Assembly: GCA_012026655.1 (NCBI GenBank)
Contig: JAAILG010000028.1
Coordinates: forward strand, 62,001-126,000
Reading direction: 5' to 3'
Source: Hydrolagus affinis
Taxonomy: Eukaryota
Length of the DNA: 64,000 bases
The notes below the pieces were generated by a model. It saw only the letters and a list, made by a program, of their open reading frames with translations. It did no database searches and had not been told where the DNA came from. The translations under genes were made by a program, and so were the position numbers. How positions within the stretch are numbered: the stretch's first letter is position 1; every line of letters starts with the position of its first letter. Positions 23,641-36,809 of the stretch are shown in pieces.

Positions 23641-24798
23641 TACAGTATTGTATTAAATGCCTGAAGAAAGAACAACTAATGCAGCAGAGATCAGCATTAA
23701 CTTCTATTACACTATGAGAAGGCATGACATTGACTTTTGTATTTCCTCATTATTGGGAACTGGCTTGGGGCCGACCGTAATTTTCCGTGGTGTCCATTGG
23801 GCTAATTGATGGATGGGTCCAAAGAGAACATGGGTATCAGCAGTGAATACAATGCCTATTACAGCCGCATTAATGATTGGCAAATTCATTGGAATTTTGC
23901 TTTCACTTTTGATTTATGCCAACAGAACAAGCAACCATATGGGAGGATTTTCACTTTTTACCCTTCGAAGCAGAATTTTAATGCATTTCCTCTGCAACCA
24001 CAGCAGCCAGCTTTCTCCGTGCTTACTAACAGCCAAAGTAGCTGTCCTTCAATTTGTGAGTGGGGTTCATCGCTGCGCTGAGTAAAGTAAATAATAATTT
24101 ACTTCCAATAAATAATCATCCTCGGATTTGTTCTAGCACATTGGAGGACTCAACACGCTTCAGAGGAATTACTGTAAAGTGCAGTGACTGTGCATATTGT
24201 ATGTTCAAGGGTTCTGTTTTCTTTTTGAGTGGAACGTCTTTTGAAGGGTACGATTTTGGCAGTGTTTGTTAAGGAAATTGGTAGCGTAAATGTCTAATAT
24301 TGGCAGTCACTGCATTCCATAGTGAATCTGTCAGTTGCTTTGAGATGCTATCCAACAATGCAAGGCACTATGTCAAATGCAAGGATTATTAGAATAATAA
24401 TAAAAATAATTATTATTATTATTATCACACTGAGGCATCACTCTTTGAGGCAAGGCAGACCCTAAACTTAAGGCATGTATTTCTTTTCAAAAAAAATCTA
24501 AAATGTTCCATCTTAGCATCAAGTTTTGCTAGGCATCTAAGTGTCCATCTGAGCCTCAAGGATGTCCTCCCCGACGTGAAAGGTGCTCTATAAATGTAAT
24601 TTTGCTGCTATTGTTGCTAGTGTAGAAACCGTACACTTTACCCTAACAGTATTCACCACCTGTTTATCATTGTAACTTACGTTAAGTGCCCCAAAAAAAC
24701 TTGGAACGCGTTTTGTCTCCTCTAAAATAAGGTGTTTAAAAACGAAGCAAAAGAGATTTCTGGATGTTGTCTGAAGTACAACAACAACAACAACAACA

Positions 24799-25113
24799 GT
24801 GGAGTCCTGTAGTTCAGCGATTAGAGCACTCGCCTTATAAGCATGAGACCTGTGTTCAAATCCAGGCAGGTCAGGGCGAAACCTTGGGCACGTTTCCTTA
24901 CTCCACACGCCTAATAATAATCTGTCCCCCAAAAAAACTAATAAAATTGGTCATTTCAATCCACGATTGTTTGTGGGACACTGCTGTACGCAATTGGCTG
25001 CCATGTTTTGCCCACAAATATCCACTCAATTCACTTTACAGTACATTCTGTGAAGCGCTTTGAGACGTTGATAAGATGTGAAAAGCGCTGTATCAAATGC
25101 AAGGATTATTATT
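24799..25113 (+). mobile_element. Dominant SINE, full length (short variant)
   Basis: GTGGAGTCCTGTAGTTCAGCGATTAGAGCACTCGCC...GTTCAAATCC...CTTGGGCACGTTTCCTTACTCCACACGCCT, Deu-like core, AAGCGCTGTATCAAATGCAAGGATTATTATT; preceded by (CAA)n. Confidence 0.93.
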
Positions 25114-25133
25114 AACAATCCTTTACAAATTTT

Positions 25134-25245
25134 TCAGACATTTGGGGCGTAGTGGCTGAAAGCCCAACTTCCGATGGGGTGGGACGGAGTGTGTGAGGGA
25201 CGAGTAGGAGGCCGGTGCCAGTCAAACGGAGGCATCATGTGGTGA
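25134..25245 (-). mobile_element. L2 ORF2 fragment
   Basis: Minus ORF ends SHPIGSWAFSHYAPNV, resembling the L2 motif G.RAFS..AP.LWN. Confidence 0.55.
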
Positions 25246-26529
25246 ATTGGGGAGTGAAGTATTCTAGGATAAACTGCTATCACTGGAGTCAAGTCCATAT
25301 TCAGTTTGGAGCTTAAGTCACAAGACATGCTATTGCTAATGATGCCTATCATATCTCCTTGTAAGTCACAATAGTAATGTTAGAAGCTTTGGTATAGTTA
25401 AACAGTGTATCAATCGATGTCCTCAAAAGGATAGTTCTCATTGGCAAATACTTTGGAACTGACTAATAGCTAGCCTAGCATTGGCACTGGAAACAGCTCT
25501 GTAGTTAAATTCGCTCCAAAGATTCATATCTATATGGTTGCAACCAAGGCTCTTTCTGTGCCAAACGTAGGTACAGTATCTCAATATAAAATCTATTGAT
25601 GTTGTAACGTGCAATATTTCTATCAGTAATCCAGAATAAGTCATTTTTCTCAATGCTCTGTCTCTGATGGTGTCTGTTTATATTGCTCCCCCACCCAAAC
25701 CCTCACCCTACAGCCCCACCTATTTCTACAGAATGATGTGATAATTATCACTATCACATACCCTACTCCACCCCAATGTGATTAATTGGGAGCTAATCCT
25801 ATCTGAATTGAATGAAAGTGACCTGCACAGTATAATAAAAGACATACTTATAAATGAAACATTTAGAATTTGCTTGCATATTTGAGATAAAGCTTAGAAT
25901 TCAAGCAAGCTTTATTGCTTTTGTGTCTGTAATACGAATCTAGGACACTGTGGTCCATTAGTTGAGATGTGAATTACTTAAATGCAATGTAGTCAGTGAC
26001 AACAGCACTTGAAAACATCTTACAATAGATCACTTAAAGGTAAAGAAAAGGTAACATTAGAGCAATTGTTCAGCAATTTCCTATTAGAGTCGAATTCCCT
26101 TGTTACAACAGTTTCACATTCATCGTGAAAAATGCCTTTTCTTAGAAAGAACGATATATTTTCCCATCTTATATTCTCATTTATACAGCAATTAACTCTG
26201 ATCAGCCTTCTTTCAACGTTGTATTGTAAAATGCATTTGGAATAGTTTTCACACCTAACTTTTTATGCACAGCCTTCGATAATAACCCTTGTGAAGTTCC
26301 TCACTATTCTTCGAATGGTTTCAGCGAATTTTTGGCCTTGCATCTTCCCTTGGCGTTTGAGGTGCTGAATAGTTTGATTAAACTTTTCACTGTTCATTTG
26401 TCAGATCAACCTTGCGTCGTTAAAGGTGACCTGTTCCATTACTCCAGCAGATGAAGTTGGACATGATGGGAGCGGAACCACTGGAATAATATCAGATCTA
26501 TTTAATAATAGATCCTCACCCTCCACGTG

Positions 26530-26703
26530 TTCACAATCTACTTCAAAAAACCTACCTCTTTGACCTTGCATTTGGAAATCTTTCCTCTCTCTACCCCACG
26601 TCCCCCCACCACCCTCCCATCTTAGGCACCCAGCCAGCAACATGAAGCACTTTGAGACGAGCTCCTGATGTGAAAGGTGCCGCCTAAATATAAATTGTAT
26701 TAT
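26530..26703 (+). mobile_element. L2 3' fragment
   Basis: CTTCAAAAAACCTACCTCTTTGACCTTGCATTTGG then tail GCACTTTGAGAC...TGTGAAAGGTGC...AAATATAAATTGTATTA. Confidence 0.65.
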
Positions 26704-26724
26704 GATCTATAATACAGATCTGCG

Positions 26725-26852
26725 GAGGAAAGGTTTGCAGGTTTATGGGGAGAGCGCGGGTGAGTGAGATTGATTTGGAAAGCTCTTTTGAAAGAGCAGG
26801 CACAGACACCATGGGCCAAATGGCCTCCTTCTGTGCCTTATAATTCTAAGAT
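26725..26852 (+). mobile_element. CR1 3' tail fragment
   Basis: GGTTTATGGGGAGAG...GCTCTTTTGAAAGAGCAGGCACAGACACCATGGGCCAAATGGCCTCCTTCTGTGC..AATTCTAAG. Confidence 0.8.
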
Positions 26853-27599
26853 AATTCCTTGAGACATCTCAAAGCACTTCACAAGATACACTGTCAAGTG
26901 AATTGACTGTATGTTTTTTGTGGGCGTAACACCCGTGACTGGTGTCTTTGTTTGTTCAGCAATGAGATGTTCTATCTACATGATGGTGGTTGAATAGAAG
27001 CACAGCTTGCTCCATTACCTTTCGTGCAAAATTAAATACTCTGGAGCTATTTATATTTACTTTCAAATTCCAAACATATTTTGGTGGAGGACTGTAGTGT
27101 TAGCATTTTTTTTTGACTATTCCGCCAGGTGTTCGGTCATGTGCCTGATCTGTGTTTTTATTGCTGTCAGTCACCAGCTCCCTTTCATGTTTATTTGGAC
27201 GGAGAGATGTGAAATGGAATAAATCTGCTTCAGTGATTCAGTTCCAGCCCGATGAGAAGTTTGTCGACTGTGCAGTTGCTTGCGCATTTGTGGCCAATTC
27301 AGCAATCCTTAGCGTCCAATGCCAACATTAATTGTGGCCGATGCAAAAATTTATATTATTTTCTAATGGAGGATGCAAACTAATGACAACTGCATGTTAG
27401 CTCCTAATAAAGACTGAGGCCTTCCTAAATATTAATAACAAAGAATCTATCACTATCTGGAATAGAGTTTTGTCCCCGCATAGTGTTGCAATCCAATGCT
27501 CCTCACAGACTACATACAACACACTCTGTCGTGGACTGAACACAATCTCTTTCATCTCCTGAGAAAATATTTGTCATGTTTCTTCTAAACCGAAAATAA

Positions 27600-27785
27600 T
27601 AAGTTGGTCACACAATCCGCAACTGTTTGTGGGACACCACTGGGTGCAAATGACTGCTGCTGCTGCTTCGCCCATAAAATATACAATCAATTCACTTCAT
27701 TGTATACTCTGTGAAGCGCTTTCAGACATTTCGAGGAAATGATAAGGCACTATGTCAAACTCAACTATTATTGTTAATATTATTT
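27600..27785 (+). mobile_element. Dominant SINE, 5'-truncated
   Basis: TTGGTCACACAATCCGCAACTGTTTGTGGGACACC...TGTGAAGCGCTTTCAGAC. Confidence 0.85.
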
Positions 27786-29080
27786 TCACAACGATCCAAT
27801 CTAAGATCAAGAAAATGAAATAACCATCAAATTTGAAGTCCTATCTCATCCATTCATCGGCTTTCTTGGAATAGCATGGCAATGTTCCCAGCAGCTCAAG
27901 CCATTTGACCATCTCTAGCTGCACCCACTCAGACATCCTTAAGCACCATCCCCAACCAGACACCCATCCAATCCATACTAATGCATTCATGCTAGAGTTA
28001 TATCATTAATCACGGTGCTACAGATTCTTTGCGTTGATACATTTTCACCCAAAAAAGTGGTCTATTCCCGTGCCACACTAAATACAATATTCCAATCGTA
28101 TAAGAGAAATCATATGTTATATAATTTAGAACATTCATGAGGACAGACTGGTGATGGATTGAATAGCATTGCTACTTGGATGGGATGTGGTACTGCACAT
28201 CCCTGGACCACATCCTGCTTGGTCAGAGATCAGTTAATGTGTCTGGATCTGTGACAGATATGACCGACAGAGGTAATAACTTCATGCTTAAGGCCATTTC
28301 AATTAGTCCTGATGCACAGCCAAGTCTAGAGTTTGATGTTTGTTTCCAAGATACTAATGCAATTTGAATGCTGTTTGGATGCAAACCAATTGATGGCTAG
28401 TAATGCCAAATGGTGCATTGCTGAGTGTTTTCAGCTGATAAGAAGAATCATTCAGTGCTGGAAGCAACAAGACATTATCTCTATTTGGGCAGTGAGTTGC
28501 ATGTCTTTTGGGGGGGTTTCTAGTCAATCCTCATGGTGGCATTTAAGGTCAACTATTAACGCATCCAGATATGGAACTCCACAGGTGATATACGAGGAGA
28601 AGGCATAAAAGGAAAAAAAAAAATCAGCACCAGATGCGAGAAGGAAATCTGCTGCCAAAACCTATGCCTCCCTTCAGGAATCCACATGTGAAAAGGATTT
28701 TTAAAGGCATTTGATTCCAACTCTTACTTCCCAAATGTAGCAAAGCTCATGCTTGATATGCACTTTGCCAGCATCTGTATCATGGACTTGCTGACAGAAA
28801 CTGCAGCCAAGGAAGAGCACAGCCTTGCTCACAAAACCGAGCTTGTTTCGTTTGCCATTTTTATTCCAAGCTAATCCAGGTTCTCAAAACCTCGCCCCGG
28901 TTTTGAGAGAAATTTAGTAGTTCCCACTGCTTTCGTCTGTTTAAACGAAATTGCCTCCAAATTGCTTCAATATCGCAGTATTCCCGATCATTCAGTAAAA
29001 TAATAATCCGGAAAAACAGCACACGTAGAGAGTATTAGATTTTGTTAAATGCATATTGTGCTAACTCATGCAGCCTTTAT

Positions 29081-29120
29081 GTACGTATAGTTTGGTGACA
29101 GTACCTATAGTTTGGTGACA
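29081..29120. repeat. 20-bp tandem duplication
   Basis: GTACGTATAGTTTGGTGACA followed by GTACCTATAGTTTGGTGACA (1 mismatch). Confidence 0.9.
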
Positions 29121-29794
29121 ATACAGTACAAACTATTCATATACTATATTATTACATTAGGGTATGTTTTTGGAGTGGATTTAAATACCACTGACAAAGA
29201 ATTAACTTAACTCATGTGTAATTTTCCCACTCATAATTTTAAAGATCTCTGCATATTCCTCAATACTGCTACACAAATTGACTGATTCCCACACCTCTGA
29301 CCAATAATATACTCGATCTTCCTTGGAGAAGTGACTCAACAATTCCAAGATACCTCCCACTGAAAAGTTGACAAAAATCTAGATTTTAACGTGTAAAAAA
29401 ACAAATGCAGGCAATGCACCCAATCTCTAACCCACCTGGGATGCATTATGTTGACATACGAACACATTTGCTCTTGCGAGGCTCTTTGCATTTTGTCTTG
29501 CATTCTGTCCTCAACATTTAAGAAGTGTAAATGTCAATTCAAGATGGAAAAAAAAATCTGAATATTCCCATGTCCTCTTTAACTTTAATCTCTCCGAAAT
29601 GTCATTTTCAGATATGGACATTTCTATTCCTGAGGATAAAGACAGCCACTGGATAAATATTGATTTTTCTTGGACTTGGCTTAGTTGAGGGAATATATTT
29701 TAAAAAGCAGTCCCCATTAACACATTTCACATTTACAAAATTTTGGATTGAACTGAATGAGTGTTTCTCCCCTTAAATTATTTGTTGGATGGAT

Positions 29795-29902
29795 TCCGCC
29801 CACAAATATACAGTCAATTCACTTTACACAATATTCTGTGAAGTGCTTTGAGATGTCTAGAATATGTGACCAGCGCTCTATCACATGCAAGAATTATTAT
29901 TT
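29795..29902 (+). mobile_element. Dominant SINE 3' fragment
   Basis: CGCCCACAAATATACAGTCAATTCACTTTAC...GTGAAGTGCTTTGAGATGTCTAG...ATGCAAGAATTATTATT. Confidence 0.88.
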
Positions 29903-32900
29903 AGATGTGAAGAATAGTAAACAAACATTGCTCTAAATCTTTTTGAGTACTGTATCCACATTTCACTGGTCGGTTGTCATCGAATCATATGAAATTGATC
30001 AGAAAATAATTAATAGAGATTGCTGCAGTTTAAGAGTTAAGTACCATGCCTTATCCTAATCTGTACATCACATAGAAGTCTCCTCATCCACACACTAAGC
30101 TGCATAGAAGCATGGATTATTTCTTCCCTCACCTGACTCTTACTGCCTTTGTAGGAGCTAATTCTCTTGTATCCCTTTTACAGCACAAGAGGCTTATAAA
30201 GCCGGTGTCTCGTGGCCTCAAGCAAATCTTTGGCTTCTGACAGCTCTACTAAAAATCTTTTTAAGACTTGCCTTGTTATTGTACGTCTCTCAAGGTGAAT
30301 ACAGTTGTTTGCCTGTATGAGCTCATTGTAATATCTGTGTCATTTACAACGTTAGATTTTGGCAGGGAAGTCAATGTAGACATTATCTCAACATTAGCTA
30401 AAGCTGCAGGGTTATGACTTGTTTTGTCCATACATGACATATCATTAGGCTTATTTTCCATGACATCACATATTGCACACAACTGGAATCATCTGCTGTA
30501 GATTCCCTCAGAATTGAAGAACACCAGATGAGCATATCTGTATTATCTTAACATGTCTTTATGTTCTGCTACATTCTGGTTGAAAAATAAGAGTAACTTT
30601 GCTTCTTGCTTTGCAAAAATCATGGATTGTATGGCCTCCTACTTCGATGGTGATACGTTCCATGTTAGCAATACAAAATATCAGCGAATATCACAGAATC
30701 CTAGAAATTAAAGCCTAGTAGGAGGCAGATCAGCTGTACGATCGGATTTGCTTCCCAGCAATGGTACGTTTTAAAAATATCGAATCACACTTAACAATAT
30801 TGCCCTTGCATTTGATTTTGCTCCTTCTCACGTCAAATCAACTCACAGTGCTTCACAGAGTATTCTGCAAAGCGGAGTTATTGCGATTTATACACAGCAA
30901 CGTCCCACAAGCAGTCAACGACGTCAACTTGTATTTGTATTTCACGTAGAGCAGTGTCTCAGAGAGTTCTGAGTCAGGAGGGGAATGACCAATTGAACAA
31001 GCAGATTGCCGACCAGGATCTCTCTGAATATGGCTGCTCTAATCATTCAAGGAGTGACCAAAGTTGCTTCAGGGTTAAGAAGAAAACAATGGAAAGGTTA
31101 GAAAGCAATTGGGTTCCTTTTAAAATTACCCGGAGACACATGCAGCTAACACAGGGTAACGTTTATTAAGGCCTAACCTTCTTATCAATCAACTACTTGA
31201 TCTATCAGGAGTATCTTTACTTAATGTTGGCCAGTGCACAATTGTTACTTGGTGATTGCATTTGCTTTAACCCTCCTTCCAGCCAAAAAATGCGGAGATG
31301 AGAGTAGCTATTAAGGAGATTGAAAGCAAAGAAATAATGCCAAATAGATGTAGAGAGGAGCATGAAATTAGAAACCTGCAGGGCTAAGGACTGAACATGC
31401 GAATGTTATTATGCTCATTGCCCAACCCTAGGTTTTTGTTCATATAATTTAAAACCATATTTTAATGGAGTGAAATGAATTATTAAAATGCTGCAAGGGA
31501 TTTAGTCAAAGCCACAATGATTAATTAACTCTTTAAAACCTGCAGAATTGCGTTTACACAACTTGTTTTTCTTTTTAAAAAAAAGGCTGGCAGAAGGGTT
31601 GTCTTTTTTTCCTATATTTTAACCTGAAAGAATATTGCATGGATTATTCCATTCTTTGTTTTAAATATTTTATTGGATACATATTTACAGTACATGATAG
31701 ATAATGGATATCACATAGCTGCAAGGTCCCCCCAAAAAATCATTTACTCTCAGGATAATCTTCAAATGATTTCAGCCCAGATTATTAATTGATGAATTGG
31801 TAAAAAGGTAAGTCTACCTCCGATTTTACACTGATCGCAAACCTTCCTCTTTGTTTCAATCTACATTCAATTACACTTCATTCCCTGATATTATTACATT
31901 ACATTCATCTCAGGATCGGTAGGCATCAGCTGGGCTAGGCTGCTAGTCGGAAGATTGTGGGTTCAAGCCCCACATTTACACGTTGGGATTTTGAATATAT
32001 AATCCCAACACATTACCCCACACTATCAATGCAAATTGTTGTATTTTTAACCATCGATTCAATTTACAGTATTTTCTGCGAAGCACTGTGAGGCATTTCA
32101 ATGATAAGTTCAGGCGCTGTATCAAATGCAAAGGATTTTTATTATTATTAAAAGTAGGTGTTGAAATAGGGCACACTGGGAATTTCAAGTTCCACGTTGA
32201 ACGAAATACAGCTCACATAGTAAATCTGAATCAGCACTGAACCAACATCTTTATAGATCAATAGTAGTTAGGATTTCACCTCATTTCAAAGTGAGAAGTT
32301 ACTTTTTGTGACCCTCAAAAAAAATCAATAGTCTGAATCTAAAATTCAACCTCGCTGTCAATATAAAACACATCTCCCGAGTTTACAGCTCACTACACCT
32401 GATAACAACATGTACGATCCATTGAATACAGATATGTTTGGTGTGAAAAAATGTAAAAGGTTAAGCTCTTCAACTCAGTTTCGAGCTCCGCTTGGTTCTC
32501 AAATGCAGCCAAAATCTTATTTTATTATCCATCAATACAATGCATTAATAGAGCGTCTTATCACATTCAGACAATGTATCAAATCCCTTTCACAGGATTC
32601 ACGGTAAAGTATAGCGACCGCAAATTTTATAGGTGAATGTATGTGTCAGCCGATTTGGAGGCAGAAACAGCCCCGAAATGAATGCCGAATAACAACAACA
32701 ACAACTTTGATTTATATAGCGCCCCTCCACGCCGGACAGGGTCTCAGAGCGCTTAAATAAAAATATACCAATAAAAAAAAAGGTTACTTTGCCAACTTGG
32801 ATGGGGGGCGTTCTGATAATACTGAGACTGACTTTGCAAAGAGCAAAACTGGTAATAATTTACATATACAGTATTATATTTTCCTCATGTGAAGATTGAA

Positions 32901-33432
32901 TATACACAGGAGCTTTGATCTTTTTGGTGTACGGTTCATTAAATTTCATACTTCCAAGTTTAAGAGATTGCCTCAAATCAAGTAATCTAGCAATCAGGAG
33001 CCACTTTGAACTGCTTCTGTATAAAGCACTTGATCAGTAACTTGTTAGGTTCACCAAGGGTATACCAGCAGCTGTGCGTTAAAGAGCTACACATGAACTA
33101 TCTTCATACAAACTAACAGGGGGAACTACAAGGGAGGCCTGACTTTGGTTAGTTTAATTTAAACGTTTAAGTTAATTTTGACGACACCTCCAGAAATAAC
33201 TCTTTGGGATTGGAATCCGGAGTTTGTCTTTGATGTGGGAAAAGTGGTTCTGTTTGAAACACTGCTCAAATATTTAGCTTCTGACACTAATTTGTTTTTA
33301 ATCTTTCCGTCCACACAGCAAAAACAAATTTCAAAGTACAGTTTTTTTTTCCCCCCCCTACTGTACACAGAGAAGCCAGCAATCGCAGTGAAGAGATTGT
33401 TGGTAACTTTTGCTTACCAGATGTACAATTGC

Positions 33433-33435
<3 letters not shown>

Positions 33436-33464
<29 letters not shown>
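33436..33464. repeat. (CA)n microsatellite
   Basis: Direct reading. Confidence 0.95.
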
Positions 33465-33467
<3 letters not shown>

Positions 33468-33470
33468 CTA

Positions 33471-33760
33471 CAACAACAACAAATTACACTTGTATTGCGC
33501 CTTTCACGTCAGGAGGACGTCCCAAGACGCTGAACAGTGTTTGAGACCTGAGCTGTGATCAGGATTGGGGAGGGTTGGGGGGGGGGGGGGGGGGGTGGAG
33601 GAAAATGAGGGTCATCGATGGGACCATCGAAGAGGAGGGTATTGAGGTGGGACTTGAAGGAGGCAAGGGAGGGGGCGAGGCGGAGGGACTGCGGAATGGA
33701 ATTCCAGAGGTATGGGGCAGAGTGGTTGAAGGCTTGCCCGCCGATGGTGGGGCAGGTGAA
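33471..33760 (-). mobile_element. L2 LINE 3' fragment with internal poly-G run
   Basis: Same family as 9216-9545 (antisense tail CAACAACAAATTACACTTGTA...CGTCAGGAGGACGTCCCAAG; CCATCGAAGAGGAG; GGAATGGAATTCCAGAG). G run at ~33577-33596. Confidence 0.88.
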
Positions 33761-33984
33761 AGAATTACTTTTGAGTTACTCTGAGCTTTAATGTGCTTCT
33801 TTATTCACCAGCTTTCAGGACAACATCAGTACTGTTAAGTGAAGGGTATGTTTTTCAAACAAACATTTTCGCCCACAAAATATACATACTCAGAGTATAT
33901 GATATGACACGCTTTGAGATGTCTTGATGAAAAGGTGCTGTGTCAAATGCAAGGGTTATAATTTTTAATCCCCCATCCCACCCT

Positions 33985-34195
33985 CTATTTGAAAGACACG
34001 ACTGTGTTCCCAGTGTCTCGGCTAACAATCCCCCACATAAAATTGGTCATTCACTCTATGGCTGTTTGCGTGATATTGCTATGCACAAATTGACTGTCAC
34101 ATTCACCTACTAAGCACACACAATACATCCTGTAAAGAGCTTTAACACCACTTCTCTACGTGAAAAGCACTGTATCAAATGCAAGGATTATTCTA
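33985..34195 (+). mobile_element. SacSINE1-like 3' half
   Basis: CTATTTGAAAG...CCCAGTGTCTCGGCTAACAATCCCC...GGTCATTCACTC.ATGGCTGTTTG...GTGAAAAGCACTGTATCAAATGCAAGGATTATT. Confidence 0.7.
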
Positions 34196-34677
34196 TAGAG
34201 GCCTCAGTTTTTAGTTTGGATGCTCTTAAACATAGTGAACTTACTAGACAAATAGTGGAAAATACAATAGGTGCAAATACCGACACTCAGTCAATCATGC
34301 ACAGGCAGAACAACATGGAAACGTACAGCTCTCATACAACCTGCAGCATTGGAGAGACATGGAGACAAATCACCGGTACATTTTCCTAATGGGAATTCAA
34401 GATGCATTTGCCAGAAAGGAAATGACTGGCAATATCCGTGAAAAAGTGCGTCCATTCATTCTGATAGTTGAATTCCTGCAGTTCCACACTCGTGATACAT
34501 GAATCCCATCATCAAGGGCAAGAGGCTGAAAATACTTACCTCAGAATTACGAAGTGTGGACCTTGACAACAGTCTCTCAGTAGAGTTTTGCTCTGAGACA
34601 AATGTTACAGACCACTGACAACACGAGACTTTCAGTGAGAGCTTTGGACCTGCTATATTACTTTGAAAAATATTTAC

Positions 34678-34880
34678 TAATAATTATAATAATCATCCTT
34701 GCATTTGATATAGTGCCTTATTTCAGTGTGCTTTGCAGAATACACTATAAAGTGAATTGACTGTATATTTTTGTGGGCGAAGCGCGGCAGCCAATTGCGT
34801 ACAGCAGCGTCCCACAAACAAATGTGGATTGAGTGACCAATTTATTATTTTGGGGGGAAAGTAATTATTAACCCGGAAAA
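34678..34880 (-). mobile_element. Dominant SINE, 5'-truncated
   Basis: Antisense tail and GGCAGCCAATTGCGTACAGCAGCGTCCCACAAAC...GGATTGAGTGACCAA. Confidence 0.88.
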
Positions 34881-36386
34881 AATAGATTGTTGGGAAAAAG
34901 AGAAATTGACAATAATAATCCTTGCATTTGGTCAGGAGTTTGATTCAAAGTGCATCACAAAATATACCGTGATAGTGTGGTGACTGTGCATTTGTAGGTG
35001 ACTCTGAGGCGAGAGTACTGTCAACTGAGTCGGGCTGACACCAATTCATTGGGGATGGCAATCCACTTACGGCAGCCGTGGTTGTGGTGGTTGAAATTGG
35101 ATTTGGATCTCTGAGGGAGCACGAATTGTAGCATACCTTCAATTACATTTTGTGATTTATACCCTTCTTCAAGATTTTCTCATCAAGCATCATTACCATC
35201 ATATTAGCATCATTGTCTAAGGCAATCACTGTAACCGTCAAATGTTTTGAAACCATGTTACTCATCACATAAAAATTGCAAGTACAAGGGTTTAAACGCA
35301 AGGCCTCCTCTGCATCTGAAACATCTCAACCTTTCAAATCAAGCTGACTGCTTTTCTATTTGCAATTTTCTATTTTCGAGTGGTGCCACGGGATCTTTAA
35401 CATCCACTTGAACGGGGAGATGGAACCTCATTTTAACGTCTCATCTGAAGGATGATCTGAGCCAAAAGGCCGGCAAAATGAATTGATAATATTCAGCGCC
35501 CGTCTATTGGAAGATGGGCGTGATCATGTACTTCTATTGAGCTTGAAGTTGCAGTTGCACAAAAGTCAATCACCTTTGTGTTTCCTGTAGCCTCGCAGCC
35601 CACCAATACGCGGCAGAGGTTGCTGCACGCTTTATTTCATATTAACTTGAAGCCAAGCCGATTACTGTTGCAAAGTGGATCCCGGCGTCTTTTCACTAAC
35701 AAAACAAATATGAAATAATGTTAATTAAGTGAGCCTGTTCAGTTTAAATTGAACCTGCAAAGATGCCACATCTTTTACTGTCATTACAAGCCTGCTTTTG
35801 CCAGCTGGGAAGTGCATTAAAAATGCAGACAGTGCACTGTTCTAAATGTTTCCAGTCTGGCTGAGAGGTACTCAGTGTAAATTGAGAATGCCAGACAGCC
35901 TTAATTCATCTTGGACTGTAAATCTTATGTCCCTTGCCTGCATTAATGGGTCACGAGGAGGTTATTGTCTGAATATTATAGCTCACGTCTCCCGCTGTGC
36001 CAATGCTGGATCTATGATTTTGCCAAAAAAAAAAACTGGTTAATAATCAAATGGAGCTCACGTTAATTATTATTTTTGAGCTGAAATTATTTTTAAAAAT
36101 CATATCCCTTTTAATTTATATGTTCCGACCATATTAAACTCCTGATGGGGATAACACAGAGAAATCTGGCACAGTCATTCCCAGCCCTAACCTGCCATTA
36201 TCGTGTTCAAGGAGGAAACTGCTTCAAGCTGTCATCAGTAGGAAACGATATTAGACTTTCGTGCTATGTTTTCCCCCTATTTATTACTGCTACAAAATAA
36301 ATAAAGCCTGCTTAACAGCACAATAAGGAACAGACCAAATGTTTTCATGTAAAACCGAACATGCGACAAACAAAGTCAACTTCAGA

Positions 36387-36697
36387 TGGAGTACTGCAGC
36401 TCAGTGGTTAGCACGCTCACCTTGCAAGCGAGAGACTTGCGTTAGATTCCTGTCTGGGTGAAACTTTGGGCATGTTTCCTTACATGCCTGATAATAATCC
36501 CTCAAAAAAACACTAATAAATTGGTCATTTCAATCCATGACTATTTGTGGGACACTGCTGTGCACAATTGGTTGCTGCGTTTCACCCACAAATATACAGG
36601 CAATGCACTTTACACTAGATTCTATGAAGCGCTTTGAGATATCTACAAGACGTGAAGAGCGTTATATCAAATGAAAGGATTATTCTTCTTATTATTA
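36387..36697 (+). mobile_element. Dominant SINE, full length (short variant)
   Basis: TGGAGTACTGCAGCTCAGTGGTTAGCACGCTCACCTTGCAAGCGAG head, Deu-like core, tail. Confidence 0.92.
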
Positions 36698-36809
36698 CTT
36701 CTGTGAAAGCCTTAGCACCTTGGAAAGAAGGATCTATAGAATACTGACAGAGAAACCAAAAGTATGTCTAATAATAGTAATTGGATTTGATGCAGCATCT
36801 TTCATACCA

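Noticed and set aside
30276-30482. 68-aa minus-strand ORF with protein-like composition
   Set aside because: No convincing splice sites and no recognisable homology.
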